Assembly (NCBI GenBank): GCA_052355365.1
Contig: DAWDCC010000005.1
Location: 5,629 to 69,628 of the forward strand
Source: Prevotella sp.
Lineage (GTDB): Bacteria > Bacteroidota > Bacteroidia > Bacteroidales > Bacteroidaceae
Length of the DNA: 64,000 nucleotides
Direction of reading: 5' to 3'
Made by a program: the position numbers and the translations under genes. A model generated the notes under the pieces. The model ran no database searches, was not told the origin of the DNA, and saw only the letters and a program-made list of their open reading frames with translations. Below are positions 35,231 through 44,785 of the stretch, piece after piece. Position 1 is the first letter of the stretch. Every line of letters begins with the position of its first letter.

Positions 35231-36841
35231 ATGAAACGTTTTGTACTTATACTTGTGCTTTGTGTCATTACATCTATGACGGCTTTGGCCAAAAGCTTTT
35301 TCATGATTACCTCGACAGTTACGAAGAATCATCTTAAATTTAAACAGACATCAGACAATACTTGGCTGATGTATGTGCCGGCGACGTATCCGTGCCATAT
35401 GTCGTGGGGAACTGTTGGCTTTAAGTTCATGGTTAGTGACGAGGAAGGCTATCTCTACATGCCTGCAGCCTCCGGATCAACAGAAATCAATGGCGATGCT
35501 GGTTTCAACACTGGATCGTTGGTGAAGTCTACGTCTAAGAGACAGAATGTTTGGGCTGCTTTACCAGATAACTGGCTTGAAGTGAAGAAAGACGGAGCAA
35601 GCACGGTTAATAAAGCCGAAGATATTGTGATGGATGGTTGTCTTGTTTTTGAAATCACCTTGGGCGCTGATGGCAACCTAACTTATAAGGCTGCACTTGA
35701 TCAAAACAGACGTGTGTCTTATGCTGCGTGCAATACTGTGGAGGGAAGTGACGACGGCACATACTGGTCTGCTGCTTATACTACATTCCTTTTTGCTTCC
35801 AAGAATGATGACGGCTCTTTCTCTCCTTATTATAAAGGTAAGGTTGTTGTAGACAAGATTCCTTCCGAAAATAATGATCAGATTAAGCATAATGGTTTAT
35901 ACTTCTATACACCGATAGCGGAAACCCAACAGAATAAGTATGAAGGAGATGGAAATGATTGGTGGAAACAGGTGAAAAACGACTTAGGTACACGCGGTAT
36001 ATCTACCAATGGTGAAGACTTGTACCAGAATGGCGGCAACTTTGAGTCTCCAATTTATGGCTCATTCAATATTTCCACTACTTTCTATTATGGTAAAAGT
36101 AATCAGGGCAAGATGGAAAAGAAGGTAGATGATGCTTACGACGATCCTTTGGTAGGCTGCATCCGTACTTATTGCAATGAAGGAAAGAATATGGAGAGCC
36201 GTTACAATGTCAAAGTGTTCTTGGTGACGGGCTACAATAAGGATCGTGATGCCTTTATAGTGACAGAAATCCCTTACATTCCAAAGGGAGTAGGGGTCTT
36301 GCTCTATACTACGGATGCAACCGTGGATGTTCTGAAACCAGAAAAGGAATGGACAGGCGAGACTATTAGCAATATCGAGGAAACTTACGGCAAGAACTAT
36401 CTTGTACCGACGTTCACTCCTACACAAGTTAGCACGTTTAGTACAATGAATGGTAAAAAGTATATCAACTTCTTTCTTGCAAAGCTTTTCTCAGCAAAAG
36501 ACTATGAGCAATACAAAGATAAATATGGTACCAATAACTATTGGGGCTTCTTTAGTGTACTCAACACACAGACGAGCAAAGCCAATAGGGCATATCTCCA
36601 ATATCCTTATGATGATCACTTTGATGGCTTTAGCCACTTCCCGGAGAAAAATGATGCTAGAGGCGCTAAGTTGGCTTTGGGCCTTTTCGATGACGATAAT
36701 ATCACTACTGGCATTAAGAATGTGCCTGAAAAACAAGACTCCAAGGTTGATAATCAATACTATACGCTCGACGGCCGAAAGGTGGAGAAGCCTACTCATG
36801 GACTCTTCATTCACAACGGAAAGACTTATCTTTTTAAATAA
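35231..36841 (+). CDS. Secreted protein of unknown function with a T9SS C-terminal sorting domain
   Basis: Signal peptide MKRFVLILVLCVITSMTALA. The C-terminal tail QYYTLDGRKVEKPTHGLFIHNGKTYLFK resembles Por_Secre_tail. Sampled 60-nt lines in the gene gave about 30-38% GC, against 55-67% in neighbouring core genes. Confidence 0.7.
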   Translation: MKRFVLILVLCVITSMTALAKSFFMITSTVTKNHLKFKQTSDNTWLMYVPATYPCHMSWGTVGFKFMVSDEEGYLYMPAASGSTEINGDAGFNTGSLVKSTSKRQNVWAALPDNWLEVKKDGASTVNKAEDIVMDGCLVFEITLGADGNLTYKAALDQNRRVSYAACNTVEGSDDGTYWSAAYTTFLFASKNDDGSFSPYYKGKVVVDKIPSENNDQIKHNGLYFYTPIAETQQNKYEGDGNDWWKQVKNDLGTRGISTNGEDLYQNGGNFESPIYGSFNISTTFYYGKSNQGKMEKKVDDAYDDPLVGCIRTYCNEGKNMESRYNVKVFLVTGYNKDRDAFIVTEIPYIPKGVGVLLYTTDATVDVLKPEKEWTGETISNIEETYGKNYLVPTFTPTQVSTFSTMNGKKYINFFLAKLFSAKDYEQYKDKYGTNNYWGFFSVLNTQTSKANRAYLQYPYDDHFDGFSHFPEKNDARGAKLALGLFDDDNITTGIKNVPEKQDSKVDNQYYTLDGRKVEKPTHGLFIHNGKTYLFK

Positions 36842-36848
36842 ACAGACA

Positions 36849-37067
36849 ATGAATTCGGAAAAGAATGTATACATAGTACCGCAAGCAATCTTTGTAAACG
36901 GTTTTATTGGTGCCACAATCATGGCGGGATCGGGACAAGTTACTCAGGATGACGATAGCCATGAGGCTAAGTCCTTTCATCCTGTCTCTGATGACAATCT
37001 GGTTAGCACTTGGGAAGACGATGAGGATGCAGTGTCATCATCTTCCCGCAAGTCTCACTTATGGTGA
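36849..37067 (+). CDS. Possible 72-aa acidic small protein downstream of the T9SS-cargo gene
   Basis: The ATG lies 8 nt after the upstream stop, and a strong terminator follows. There are no recognisable motifs, and it is part of a longer spurious track ORF (36450..37067). Confidence 0.3.
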   Translation: MNSEKNVYIVPQAIFVNGFIGATIMAGSGQVTQDDDSHEAKSFHPVSDDNLVSTWEDDEDAVSSSSRKSHLW

Positions 37068-37112
37068 TCAAAATTCGGATTTATAGGAAAACAGTAAGTT
37101 AAATATGCTAAA

Positions 37113-37158
37113 AAGCGATTTGCGAATGATTCAACATATTCGTAAATCGCTTATTTTT
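37113..37158 (+). terminator. Rho-independent terminator closing the low-GC islet
   Basis: 15-bp stem AAGCGATTTGCGAAT/ATTCGTAAATCGCTT (one G-U pair) with a 10-nt loop, followed by ATTTTTG. Confidence 0.75.
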
Positions 37159-37226
37159 GTAAATGGAATGACGAAAGTCATGAAGTGAGTTCTCAACAAT
37201 ATATTTTCCTTAATGTCTAATGTCCT

Positions 37227-38333
37227 ATGATGAGAATTGGTATTCCAAAGGAGATTAAGCAAGGTGAGAGTCGTGTAGGCATGACTCCCGCGGGTGTCGC
37301 CGAGTTGATCAAACACGGTCATAAAGTCTTTGTACAGCATACAGCTGGAGAGGGTAGCGGTTTCCCCGATGCGGCATATGTGCACGTGGGTGCAGAGATG
37401 CTGCCCACCATCGAGGATGTCTATGCCCAGTCGGAGATGATCATCAAGGTTAAGGAACCTATCGAACCGGAGTATGCTCTGATCCGTAAAGACCAGTTGG
37501 TTTACACCTACTTCCATTTTGCCAGCGACCGGCCGTTGACCGAGGCAATGATCAAGAGTAGTGCAGTGTGCCTGGCTTACGAGACGGTGGAGGAAGCAGA
37601 CCACAGTCTGCCGCTGCTACGCCCGATGAGTGAGGTAGCCGGACGCATGGCTGTTCTCAATGGAGCCTATTATCTTCAGAAGACGAAAGGCGGAAAAGGA
37701 AAACTCATCAGTGGCGTGCCCGGCGTGAGACCGACGAAAGTGCTTGTCCTCGGCGGTGGAACTGTCGGGGAGGCCGCCGCGCGTATGGCGGCAGGCATGG
37801 GCGCTGATGTCGTGATCACGGATATCTCTCTGCCCCGTCTGCGTCAGTTGAGCATCGAGTTGCCGGCCAATGTGACGACACTCTACTCTTCTGAGCACAA
37901 CATCCGGCAGGAGTTAAGAGATGCAGATATCATTATCGGCTCGGTGCTTGTCCCCGGTGATAAGACACCGCATTTGATCACACGCGACATGCTCAGCCTG
38001 ATGGAGCCAGGAACGGTGTTGGTGGATGTAGCCATCGACCAGGGAGGTTGCTTCGAGACATCTCATCCGACGACACACGCTGAACCGGTTTATACCGTTG
38101 ACGACATCTTGCATTACTGCGTTGCGAATATCCCTGGTGCCGTACCAAACACATCGACATTGGCACTGACCAATGCTACATTGAAATACGCTTTGCAGTT
38201 AGCTGATAAGGGCTGGCGCAAAGCTTGCGAAGATAATCCTGCCCTGCGCAAAGGCCTGAACATTGTTGAAGGCAAGGTGGTGTTTAAACCAGTCGCTGAT
38301 GTGTGGGGTTTGAAATATGAGCAACTCGCCTAA
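37227..38333 (+). CDS. ald: Alanine dehydrogenase
   Basis: MRIGIPKEIKQGESRVGMTPAGV and the NAD-binding motif VLVLGGGTVGEAAARMAAGMGADV. About 368 aa. Confidence 0.9.
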   Translation: MMRIGIPKEIKQGESRVGMTPAGVAELIKHGHKVFVQHTAGEGSGFPDAAYVHVGAEMLPTIEDVYAQSEMIIKVKEPIEPEYALIRKDQLVYTYFHFASDRPLTEAMIKSSAVCLAYETVEEADHSLPLLRPMSEVAGRMAVLNGAYYLQKTKGGKGKLISGVPGVRPTKVLVLGGGTVGEAAARMAAGMGADVVITDISLPRLRQLSIELPANVTTLYSSEHNIRQELRDADIIIGSVLVPGDKTPHLITRDMLSLMEPGTVLVDVAIDQGGCFETSHPTTHAEPVYTVDDILHYCVANIPGAVPNTSTLALTNATLKYALQLADKGWRKACEDNPALRKGLNIVEGKVVFKPVADVWGLKYEQLA

Positions 38334-38569
38334 TTGGAACTAATTATATATCCTATTTTTCGAAAGGAATCTATACAGTTGCTCCTTCGGGAGCTTCGGT
38401 TGAGCTTAGACATAAAGAGTTATGTCGGCAAGGAATTCCTAATAAACAATTAAAAAAAATCTGAAGGAGTGACGACGCGATGTTGTTGCTCCTTTTCTTG
38501 GGTTTTATGAGCCTCCTTCGTGTCCTCCTTGTCTCTGTGTGAGAGATAATCGCTGAACAGTTATCCCAT

Positions 38570-38603
38570 AAAAAAAAGCAGTGATCATTGTGGGATGATC
38601 ACT
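38570..38603 (-). terminator. Rho-independent terminator of rubrerythrin
   Basis: On the minus strand, AGTGATCAT-cccaca-ATGATCACT is followed by GCTTTTTTTT. Confidence 0.75.
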
Positions 38604-38746
38604 ACTTTATGGCATTTTTCCTATAATGACTTTATAGTCTTGCTAAGAAAAACGTTATTATCTTGCTAAAAGGCAATCAGCTTTGGGCTGATCTTCTTAT
38701 CAGGGATGGCTCCGTTGATAGTCAGCGGAGCACGTACTCTCCTTGT

Positions 38747-39289
38747 TTAGAAGTTCTCAGCCTTGAGCTCGAAGAAGCTCTGCGGATGCTTGCAGACAGG
38801 ACATACCTCGGGAGCCTTAGGACCAACGACAACGTGTCCGCAGTTACGGCAAACCCAGATGGCATCGCCGTCGCGACTGAAGACGAGAGCATCCTCGATG
38901 TTTTTCAACAGCTTGCGATAGCGCTCCTCGTGTGTCTTCTCGATGGCAGCGACAGCACGGAACTTGTAGGCGATCTCAGTGAAGCCTTCCTCCTCAGCTT
39001 CCTTAGCCATGTGGGCGTACATGTCAGTCCACTCGTAGTTCTCACCCTCGGCAGCAGCCTTAAGGTTCTCGCGTGTGCTCTTGATGTCGCCACCCTCGAG
39101 ATACTTGAACCACAGCTTAGCGTGCTCCTTCTCGTTCTGAGCAGTCTCCTCGAAGATAGCAGCGATCTGCTCGTAGCCATCCTTACGTGCCTTGGAAGCG
39201 AAGTAAGTGTATTTGTTACGTGCCTGGCTCTCACCAGCGAAAGCCTCTTGGAGGTTCTTCTCCGTCTTTGTTCCTTTCAGTTCTTTCAT
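38747..39289 (-). CDS. rbr: Rubrerythrin
   Basis: Diiron ferritin-like motifs ([16 protein letters not shown]) plus a C-terminal rubredoxin-like CxxC...CxxC (VCRNCGH...CPVCKHP). Confidence 0.92.
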   Translation of the reverse strand: MKELKGTKTEKNLQEAFAGESQARNKYTYFASKARKDGYEQIAAIFEETAQNEKEHAKLWFKYLEGGDIKSTRENLKAAAEGENYEWTDMYAHMAKEAEEEGFTEIAYKFRAVAAIEKTHEERYRKLLKNIEDALVFSRDGDAIWVCRNCGHVVVGPKAPEVCPVCKHPQSFFELKAENF

Positions 39290-39429
39290 AATGTTTTTGA
39301 TGTTAATGGTTGTGTGGCATTGCCACGTGTTGTGTTTATATTGTTATAATGCAAAGATAAGCGTCTTTTTCGGAATATCCAAATAATCATAACTAAGCTT
39401 TCATAACTATTGTTAATAACAATAACGGC

Positions 39430-41664
39430 TTACTGCTCACGAAACATCCGCAGTACATCGCAGTGCGAGACGTAACGGTTTGACTGATAGGCGGGATTGA
39501 GCGTGAGGAAGTTGTTGAGTTGTGCCAGTGCCTTGTACTGTCTTGTCTGCTTTTGAAAGTTGACTTTTTCACCCGGATAGATGAAGGGATAGCCTTCGGC
39601 GGCGTTGTCGCGACGGATGAAAGCCAGGGCGTAGAGACTGTTGAACTGCAGATCTTGGTCGCCTTTGAGTGAACTCTCACCTAAATAGTTGATGGCGTCG
39701 AGGATCAGATCACGGTCGCCGGTGCGCACTGTGTCCATGCAACTCCAGTCGTAATGAGTGAGATACCAGCAGTCGCCTTCGTAGCTGGCCTGATAGAGCA
39801 GTGTGGCGAGATCGTAAGCAAGGCGGGCGCGCAGTGTGTCACTGCCTGCGTTTTGGTAGCGGTGTTGCAGGTTGGTGATGTCCTGACAGAAGGTGAGCTT
39901 CTGGTTGCCGGTGATGGCAACGGAGCGTGGACCGGTTTGCAACGTGTCGGCGATGACCTGATGCGCGAACCAGCGCGGTTGCTGATAGTTGCGGCGACCG
40001 GTGTATCCACAGATATTCGAGTTGTAGATGAAGTCGGTGCTCACCTTTTTCAGATAAGGTATCGCCTCTTCGAAACGTCCCATGGCCATGAGTCGTGTGG
40101 CGAGGAGATCGTTAAAGTAGTCGTCACTCTGGTAACTGCTCTTGCAGGCAGCGTCAGCGAGCGGGCTGTCGGCGTGCTGCGCGTGGAGATAAGCGACGAA
40201 CTGCTTGAGTGAGTCGACAGAGAGTTGCTGCAAAGTATCGTAGTAGTCACCTGTCCAGTCCGGCAGGTAGTCGTAGCTTTTAGTCTCTTGAAAGTAAGCA
40301 GGCACATGCTTCCTTGTGCTCGGCAGTGTGCCGGCATTGTCGTGGTTGTCCATGTTGGCGAGCATGGCGAGAGCGAGGAAACCATTGCCCTGCTTTTGCA
40401 ATTCGGGCACGAGATGATTGTAGACCATGCGTTGCAGCATGTTGGCGAAATAGGTATCCGCTACGTAGGTGTTGCCCTGCTCGTCTTTTGTTTCTGCCTG
40501 CCTGCTCATGTTTCGCATCCATGCGATCTCCTTGATGAGCCGGTTCTGCTGCTCGTTGTCCATCTTCTCAGTGTAGACACTGCTGATGTCCGTGATGGCG
40601 CGAGCGTTGTCGTGCATGCGTTGTGTACCTTCGGCAGTGATGGCCTTTGCGAGCGAAGTCTTAGCTGCGCTGTAGTCGCCGAGGAGAAATTGCAGGGCGC
40701 CGGTGGCCTCATGCCAGAGCGCCGGCGTTGTGGTCTTGCCCTCTTTCAGCACTTGTGCGGCGAAGGCAATGAAAGCCTGGGCTTCATCTTTATAGATGAC
40801 GCGGGCACCCACTTCCTCGATGGCTTGGGTATATTCCTTCTTTGTCCATTGTGCCTTGTCGGTGTCGGGGGTGAAAGCCGACGGGCAGGTGTAGACATCC
40901 TGTGTCTCCTGCACGTTGTTGACAAAGTCCTGCACGAGATAGGGCAGCACACGGCTGTTGGCATTGCGGGCATAGATGGCTTTGATACCACTGAGATTGC
41001 GGTAGTGGCGCACGCACCAGCGCATGCTCTGCTGGTCGTTTTGTCGGGCATAGATCTCCAGCGCGTCACGCTGTTTACCGGTCTTGAGCAGTGCGCGGGC
41101 ATAGATGTTCTCCATCATATCGCGGTAGACGCTCTGTGGCATACGGTTAGACGTGGTCTTCCAATAACCGATGTTCTGGATGTTGTTGCCCAAGAGCATG
41201 TTGGCGCGCATGGCGAGCAGACGGTATTGAGCCGATAGTCTGCGTCCACGATAAGCCTTAGCGGCAGTGAGCATCTGCGTGAGCACCTGTTTGCATTGCA
41301 GCAGTTGCTTCCGGGTAGGATAGTCCCAGGTATCAGCGAGATCACTGCTGATCTTGAGATATCTATTGAGCCAGCCGAGATAGCGCACCATCTCATAGTC
41401 CTTCTTCTGCCGTGCCAGCTTCATGATAAAGGTGGGCGCGTCGGTATCGGTCTTGCTGTCCCAACCGTTGACATAGCTGTCTACACGGCCGTTGGTATAC
41501 TGTTTCCAAAAGTCGTTGATGTCTTTGAGCTGTTTGCTCTCAGTCTGTTGCTGTGTCGGCTCCACGCACATGAGGTAATAGTTATAGGTGGGTTTCTCCG
41601 ACACGCAAGCCATCGATCTGCCGACTGTCATCAGCAGGAGGCTAACGATGATAAATCTTTTCAT
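39430..41664 (-). CDS. Large secreted protein or lipoprotein of unknown function (helical, TPR-like composition)
   Basis: Signal peptide with a possible lipobox (MTVGRSMAC). 744 aa, rich in helix-forming repeats, with no catalytic motif recognised. Its start overlaps the upstream gene by 23 nt. Confidence 0.6.
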   Translation of the reverse strand: MKRFIIVSLLLMTVGRSMACVSEKPTYNYYLMCVEPTQQQTESKQLKDINDFWKQYTNGRVDSYVNGWDSKTDTDAPTFIMKLARQKKDYEMVRYLGWLNRYLKISSDLADTWDYPTRKQLLQCKQVLTQMLTAAKAYRGRRLSAQYRLLAMRANMLLGNNIQNIGYWKTTSNRMPQSVYRDMMENIYARALLKTGKQRDALEIYARQNDQQSMRWCVRHYRNLSGIKAIYARNANSRVLPYLVQDFVNNVQETQDVYTCPSAFTPDTDKAQWTKKEYTQAIEEVGARVIYKDEAQAFIAFAAQVLKEGKTTTPALWHEATGALQFLLGDYSAAKTSLAKAITAEGTQRMHDNARAITDISSVYTEKMDNEQQNRLIKEIAWMRNMSRQAETKDEQGNTYVADTYFANMLQRMVYNHLVPELQKQGNGFLALAMLANMDNHDNAGTLPSTRKHVPAYFQETKSYDYLPDWTGDYYDTLQQLSVDSLKQFVAYLHAQHADSPLADAACKSSYQSDDYFNDLLATRLMAMGRFEEAIPYLKKVSTDFIYNSNICGYTGRRNYQQPRWFAHQVIADTLQTGPRSVAITGNQKLTFCQDITNLQHRYQNAGSDTLRARLAYDLATLLYQASYEGDCWYLTHYDWSCMDTVRTGDRDLILDAINYLGESSLKGDQDLQFNSLYALAFIRRDNAAEGYPFIYPGEKVNFQKQTRQYKALAQLNNFLTLNPAYQSNRYVSHCDVLRMFREQ

Positions 41665-42607
41665 AATCAGAAGCTTGGAATCTTTTTATGTTGTTAGTTT
41701 GCAAATCATAGAGTATAATCTCGTCGTGTGCATCGGGGCGCAGCTCATTGATCGTCTGATGGGCCTCGAGGATATGCCGGAGATCAGCGCTGCGACTGAG
41801 AATCTTGTCGCCCGGCAATATCGGATAGTCGTCGTCGCTGTGGAGAATGCCGACGAAGTGACCGCCCCGGAAGAGCACACGCCATGAGAAGATGGGGTAG
41901 GCGGTGGATAAGGGCAGCTGATAGGTTGCGAGATCGTGCAGGTAAGGCTTCACGTCGGCAATGTTGAGAATGGGGTAGCGGTTGTTGATGTCGCGCACAT
42001 CACCGGTGTTGTACGCCATCAGCACGCCACGGTCAGCAGGCGGTACGGGCTGTGTGAGCTGATGAAAGCGGATGGTGGTCGACAACTGTATCCGTTGCTT
42101 ATGTGCCAAATCGCGCAGGGCAGAGAGAAAATCGAAGTAGGTGCGTCGTGTGGCGACCGTCCAGTCGCAGTCGATCTGCAGTTCTTTGATTGATCCGAGC
42201 TGTAGCGTGCTTGTCATCTGTCTGACGCGTTGCAGGATCTTCTCAGCCGAGCCCTTTGCCCCAGTGTGACTTTGCCCGATTGCCTTCATGCAGTCGTTGG
42301 TGATGTAGACCACCGGTGTCACCGTCACGCCTTTGGGCACGCGGCCCACGACGTTGACGCTGGCGTTGGGCATGGGCGTACCATTGGTCATCACCACGTC
42401 GAAGTATCGCAGATAGATATGGGTGACATGCTCGTGGCGGACGAATGTCGTCACGGCCGAGTCGTTGAGAGAGAAGGTCGTCTGCCAACAATAGACGGAG
42501 CGTCGGGGCTGAGCCGTGCTCTCCTTTCCCCGGCATCCTGCCAGCATCACGATCAGCAGTGATGCGAGCAACAGCGCACTGATGGCAAATGATCTTTTCT
42601 CGTTCAT
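41642..42607 (-). CDS. Lipoprotein of unknown function
   Basis: Start set at MNEKRSFAISALLLASLLIVMLAGCRGK (lipobox). It contains a LQIDCDWT segment and is translationally coupled to the 744-aa gene. Confidence 0.6.
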   Translation of the reverse strand: MNEKRSFAISALLLASLLIVMLAGCRGKESTAQPRRSVYCWQTTFSLNDSAVTTFVRHEHVTHIYLRYFDVVMTNGTPMPNASVNVVGRVPKGVTVTPVVYITNDCMKAIGQSHTGAKGSAEKILQRVRQMTSTLQLGSIKELQIDCDWTVATRRTYFDFLSALRDLAHKQRIQLSTTIRFHQLTQPVPPADRGVLMAYNTGDVRDINNRYPILNIADVKPYLHDLATYQLPLSTAYPIFSWRVLFRGGHFVGILHSDDDYPILPGDKILSRSADLRHILEAHQTINELRPDAHDEIILYDLQTNNIKRFQASDYEKIYHR

Positions 42608-42669
42608 ACCTTTAGCTTTGTGGGCGCAAAGATATAACAAAGAAATGAGTCCGCAAAGAAAGCCAGGGC

Positions 42670-44100
42670 TTATTTTGCCGTCTTGCCTACGTTGCGGTAG
42701 ATCTTAAAGCCGAGAGCGGCAATCGTCATGCTCATCAGCGGACAGAGATAGCAGAAGACGGTGTAGGGCAGATAGGTCAACGTCGGCACGTTGAGCACCG
42801 ATGACTGTGTCATGCCACAGGTGCTCCACGGAACGAGCACCGAGGTCACCGTACTGGAGTCCTCTATGCTGCGGCTGAGCAGGCGCGGCTCGAAGCCTTC
42901 TTTCTCATAGATACTTTTGTACATGCTGGCGCTGAGCATGATAGAGAGATACTGGTCGGCGACGGTGGTGTTGAAGAAGATGCCTGAGAAAATGGTGGAG
43001 GCAACCAGTCCGAAACGGGTGCGCGTCAGCGGCAGGAGCAGGTGCATGATGTTGGCAAGCATGCCACTGGCCTTCAAGACGCCGCCGAAGCAGATGGCAC
43101 AGAGGATCAGCCATACCGTGCCCATCATGCCCTGCATGCCGCGTGTGGCCAGCAGCGCATCGCAAGCCGTGTTGCCTGTGTGTACGGCGGTAGCGCCAAA
43201 ACCGCTGAGCATGACGCCTTTGAAGAGTGTGAGCACAGTAGTGTCGTGGGCACCAATGACCTCAGCGAGGATATGCGGTTGGAAGAAGATGGCAAAGAGT
43301 CCGGCAAGTACCGAGGAGGCGAAGAGCACGATGACCGCCGGAAGTTTGCGCGCGATCATCAGTCCGGTGGCTATGGGTACGATGAGCAGCCACGGCGAGA
43401 GATTGTATTTGCTTTGCAGGGCCATGGTGAAAGCAGAAGTGTCGATGGCAGAATGACCGGCCACGAAGAGTCCGGCGATGGCATATACGATCAGCGCAAT
43501 GACAACGCCAGGCACCGTGGTAATGGTCATGTAGCGGATATGCGTGAACAATGGCGTGCCCACCACGCTGGATGCCAGCACAGTAGTATCGGAGAGTGGT
43601 GACATCTTATCACCGAAATAAGCACCGGAGAGAATGGCTCCGGCCGTCCAACCATCGCTGAATCCGAGTGCCTTGCCAATGCCCATGAGTGCAATGCCGA
43701 TGGTCGCCACAGTGGTCCAAGAGCTGCCTGTCATCACAGAGACAAAGCCGCTGATGACACAACAGCAGAGCAGGAAGACGTAGGGATTGATGATCTTCAT
43801 GCCCCAGTAGATCAGCGTGGGCACCACACCGCTGACGGTCCATGTGCCGGAGAGCAGGCCGATGAGCAGCAGAATGACGATCGCTGTACCTACGCTGCCG
43901 ATGGAGTTGCTGATCTCTGTCTCCAAGATCTTCCAAGGCACGTGGAAGCCTAACACGGCGATCAGACCGCAGACGCCCGTAGAGAGGATCAGCGCCAGCT
44001 GACTGCCACCGGACAGCGCGTCTGTTCCGTAGACGTGGATGACAATGCCAAGAAACGCCATCAGGAAGATGACAGGAGTGAGAGAAAGGACGTATCGCAT
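42670..44100 (-). CDS. nhaC: NhaC-family Na+/H+ antiporter
   Basis: 476 aa polytopic membrane protein. Its length, topology and sequence pattern are typical of the NhaC family. Confidence 0.8.
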   Translation of the reverse strand: MRYVLSLTPVIFLMAFLGIVIHVYGTDALSGGSQLALILSTGVCGLIAVLGFHVPWKILETEISNSIGSVGTAIVILLLIGLLSGTWTVSGVVPTLIYWGMKIINPYVFLLCCCVISGFVSVMTGSSWTTVATIGIALMGIGKALGFSDGWTAGAILSGAYFGDKMSPLSDTTVLASSVVGTPLFTHIRYMTITTVPGVVIALIVYAIAGLFVAGHSAIDTSAFTMALQSKYNLSPWLLIVPIATGLMIARKLPAVIVLFASSVLAGLFAIFFQPHILAEVIGAHDTTVLTLFKGVMLSGFGATAVHTGNTACDALLATRGMQGMMGTVWLILCAICFGGVLKASGMLANIMHLLLPLTRTRFGLVASTIFSGIFFNTTVADQYLSIMLSASMYKSIYEKEGFEPRLLSRSIEDSSTVTSVLVPWSTCGMTQSSVLNVPTLTYLPYTVFCYLCPLMSMTIAALGFKIYRNVGKTAK

Positions 44101-44111
44101 GGAATGTTGAA

Positions 44112-44170
44112 TGTTGAGTGTTGAATGATGAGTTATCTCAATGTTGAAAGTTGGGTGTTGAGTGTTGAAT
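44112..44170. repeat. 15-bp perfect direct repeat (TGTTGAGTGTTGAAT, two copies, 44-bp period) within a GTTGA-rich nhaC leader
   Basis: Copies at 44112-44126 and 44156-44170. The palindrome GTTGAATCATTCAAC lies at the right end. Confidence 0.85.
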
Positions 44171-44173
44171 CAT

Positions 44174-44716
44174 TCAACATTTCTCCATGTGGTAGCCCAA
44201 TGATTTCAGTTCCAAGGCAGCACCCATCAAGTACATCTCGTGGAGGGCAGCGATGAAGGCACGGAAAGCGTCCGGCGTTCCCGGCTCCACGTGCAAGTGG
44301 CTGATCGTATTGTAAGTACGTGCAGCACACTCGCCGACGGTCTGTTGGAGTTTTTCGCCTTGATCGGGGGTGAGATGAAGAACCTGCCGGCGGATGTAGT
44401 CGTCGAGATGATCGAAGTCAGTGTTGAGGATCATCATCTTGTAGAGGTCGGGAACATGGCTGTAGCGCTCCCAGTCCTCATCCCAATAGTAGGCGATCGC
44501 CATACCGATATACATCACCCAGCCGAGCGCCACGGTGGGGTAGTGGTTCCACTCGCGCAGTGCATCGGGCAGATAACTCTCGCCGATGGTTGCCCACAGC
44601 ACCTCAATGTCCGGTGCTTCGGGAAAGTGCTTGTCGATGAGATCGTGGGCTTCGAGATAAGCCGCAAGGTCTTTGTGAAAGGTTTCCTCAAATTCTTTTG
44701 TTCTGTTCTCTTCCAT
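44174..44716 (-). CDS. Cytoplasmic hypothetical protein (180 aa)
   Basis: Clean ORF with host-like composition, no signal peptide and no recognised motif. Confidence 0.55.
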   Translation of the reverse strand: MEENRTKEFEETFHKDLAAYLEAHDLIDKHFPEAPDIEVLWATIGESYLPDALREWNHYPTVALGWVMYIGMAIAYYWDEDWERYSHVPDLYKMMILNTDFDHLDDYIRRQVLHLTPDQGEKLQQTVGECAARTYNTISHLHVEPGTPDAFRAFIAALHEMYLMGAALELKSLGYHMEKC

Positions 44717-44785
44717 GGTCTTGCTACCTTTCTTTGTTGTATAGAAACAAATATCGGGAAGGTTGGAACCTTCCCGTTGCTTCGT

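Noticed and set aside
36450-36848. 5' part of the 205-aa track ORF overlapping the end of the T9SS-cargo gene
   Set aside because: It overlaps the well-supported 35231..36841 gene out of frame. Only the portion after the ATG at 36849 is non-overlapping, and that portion was kept as a low-confidence small ORF.
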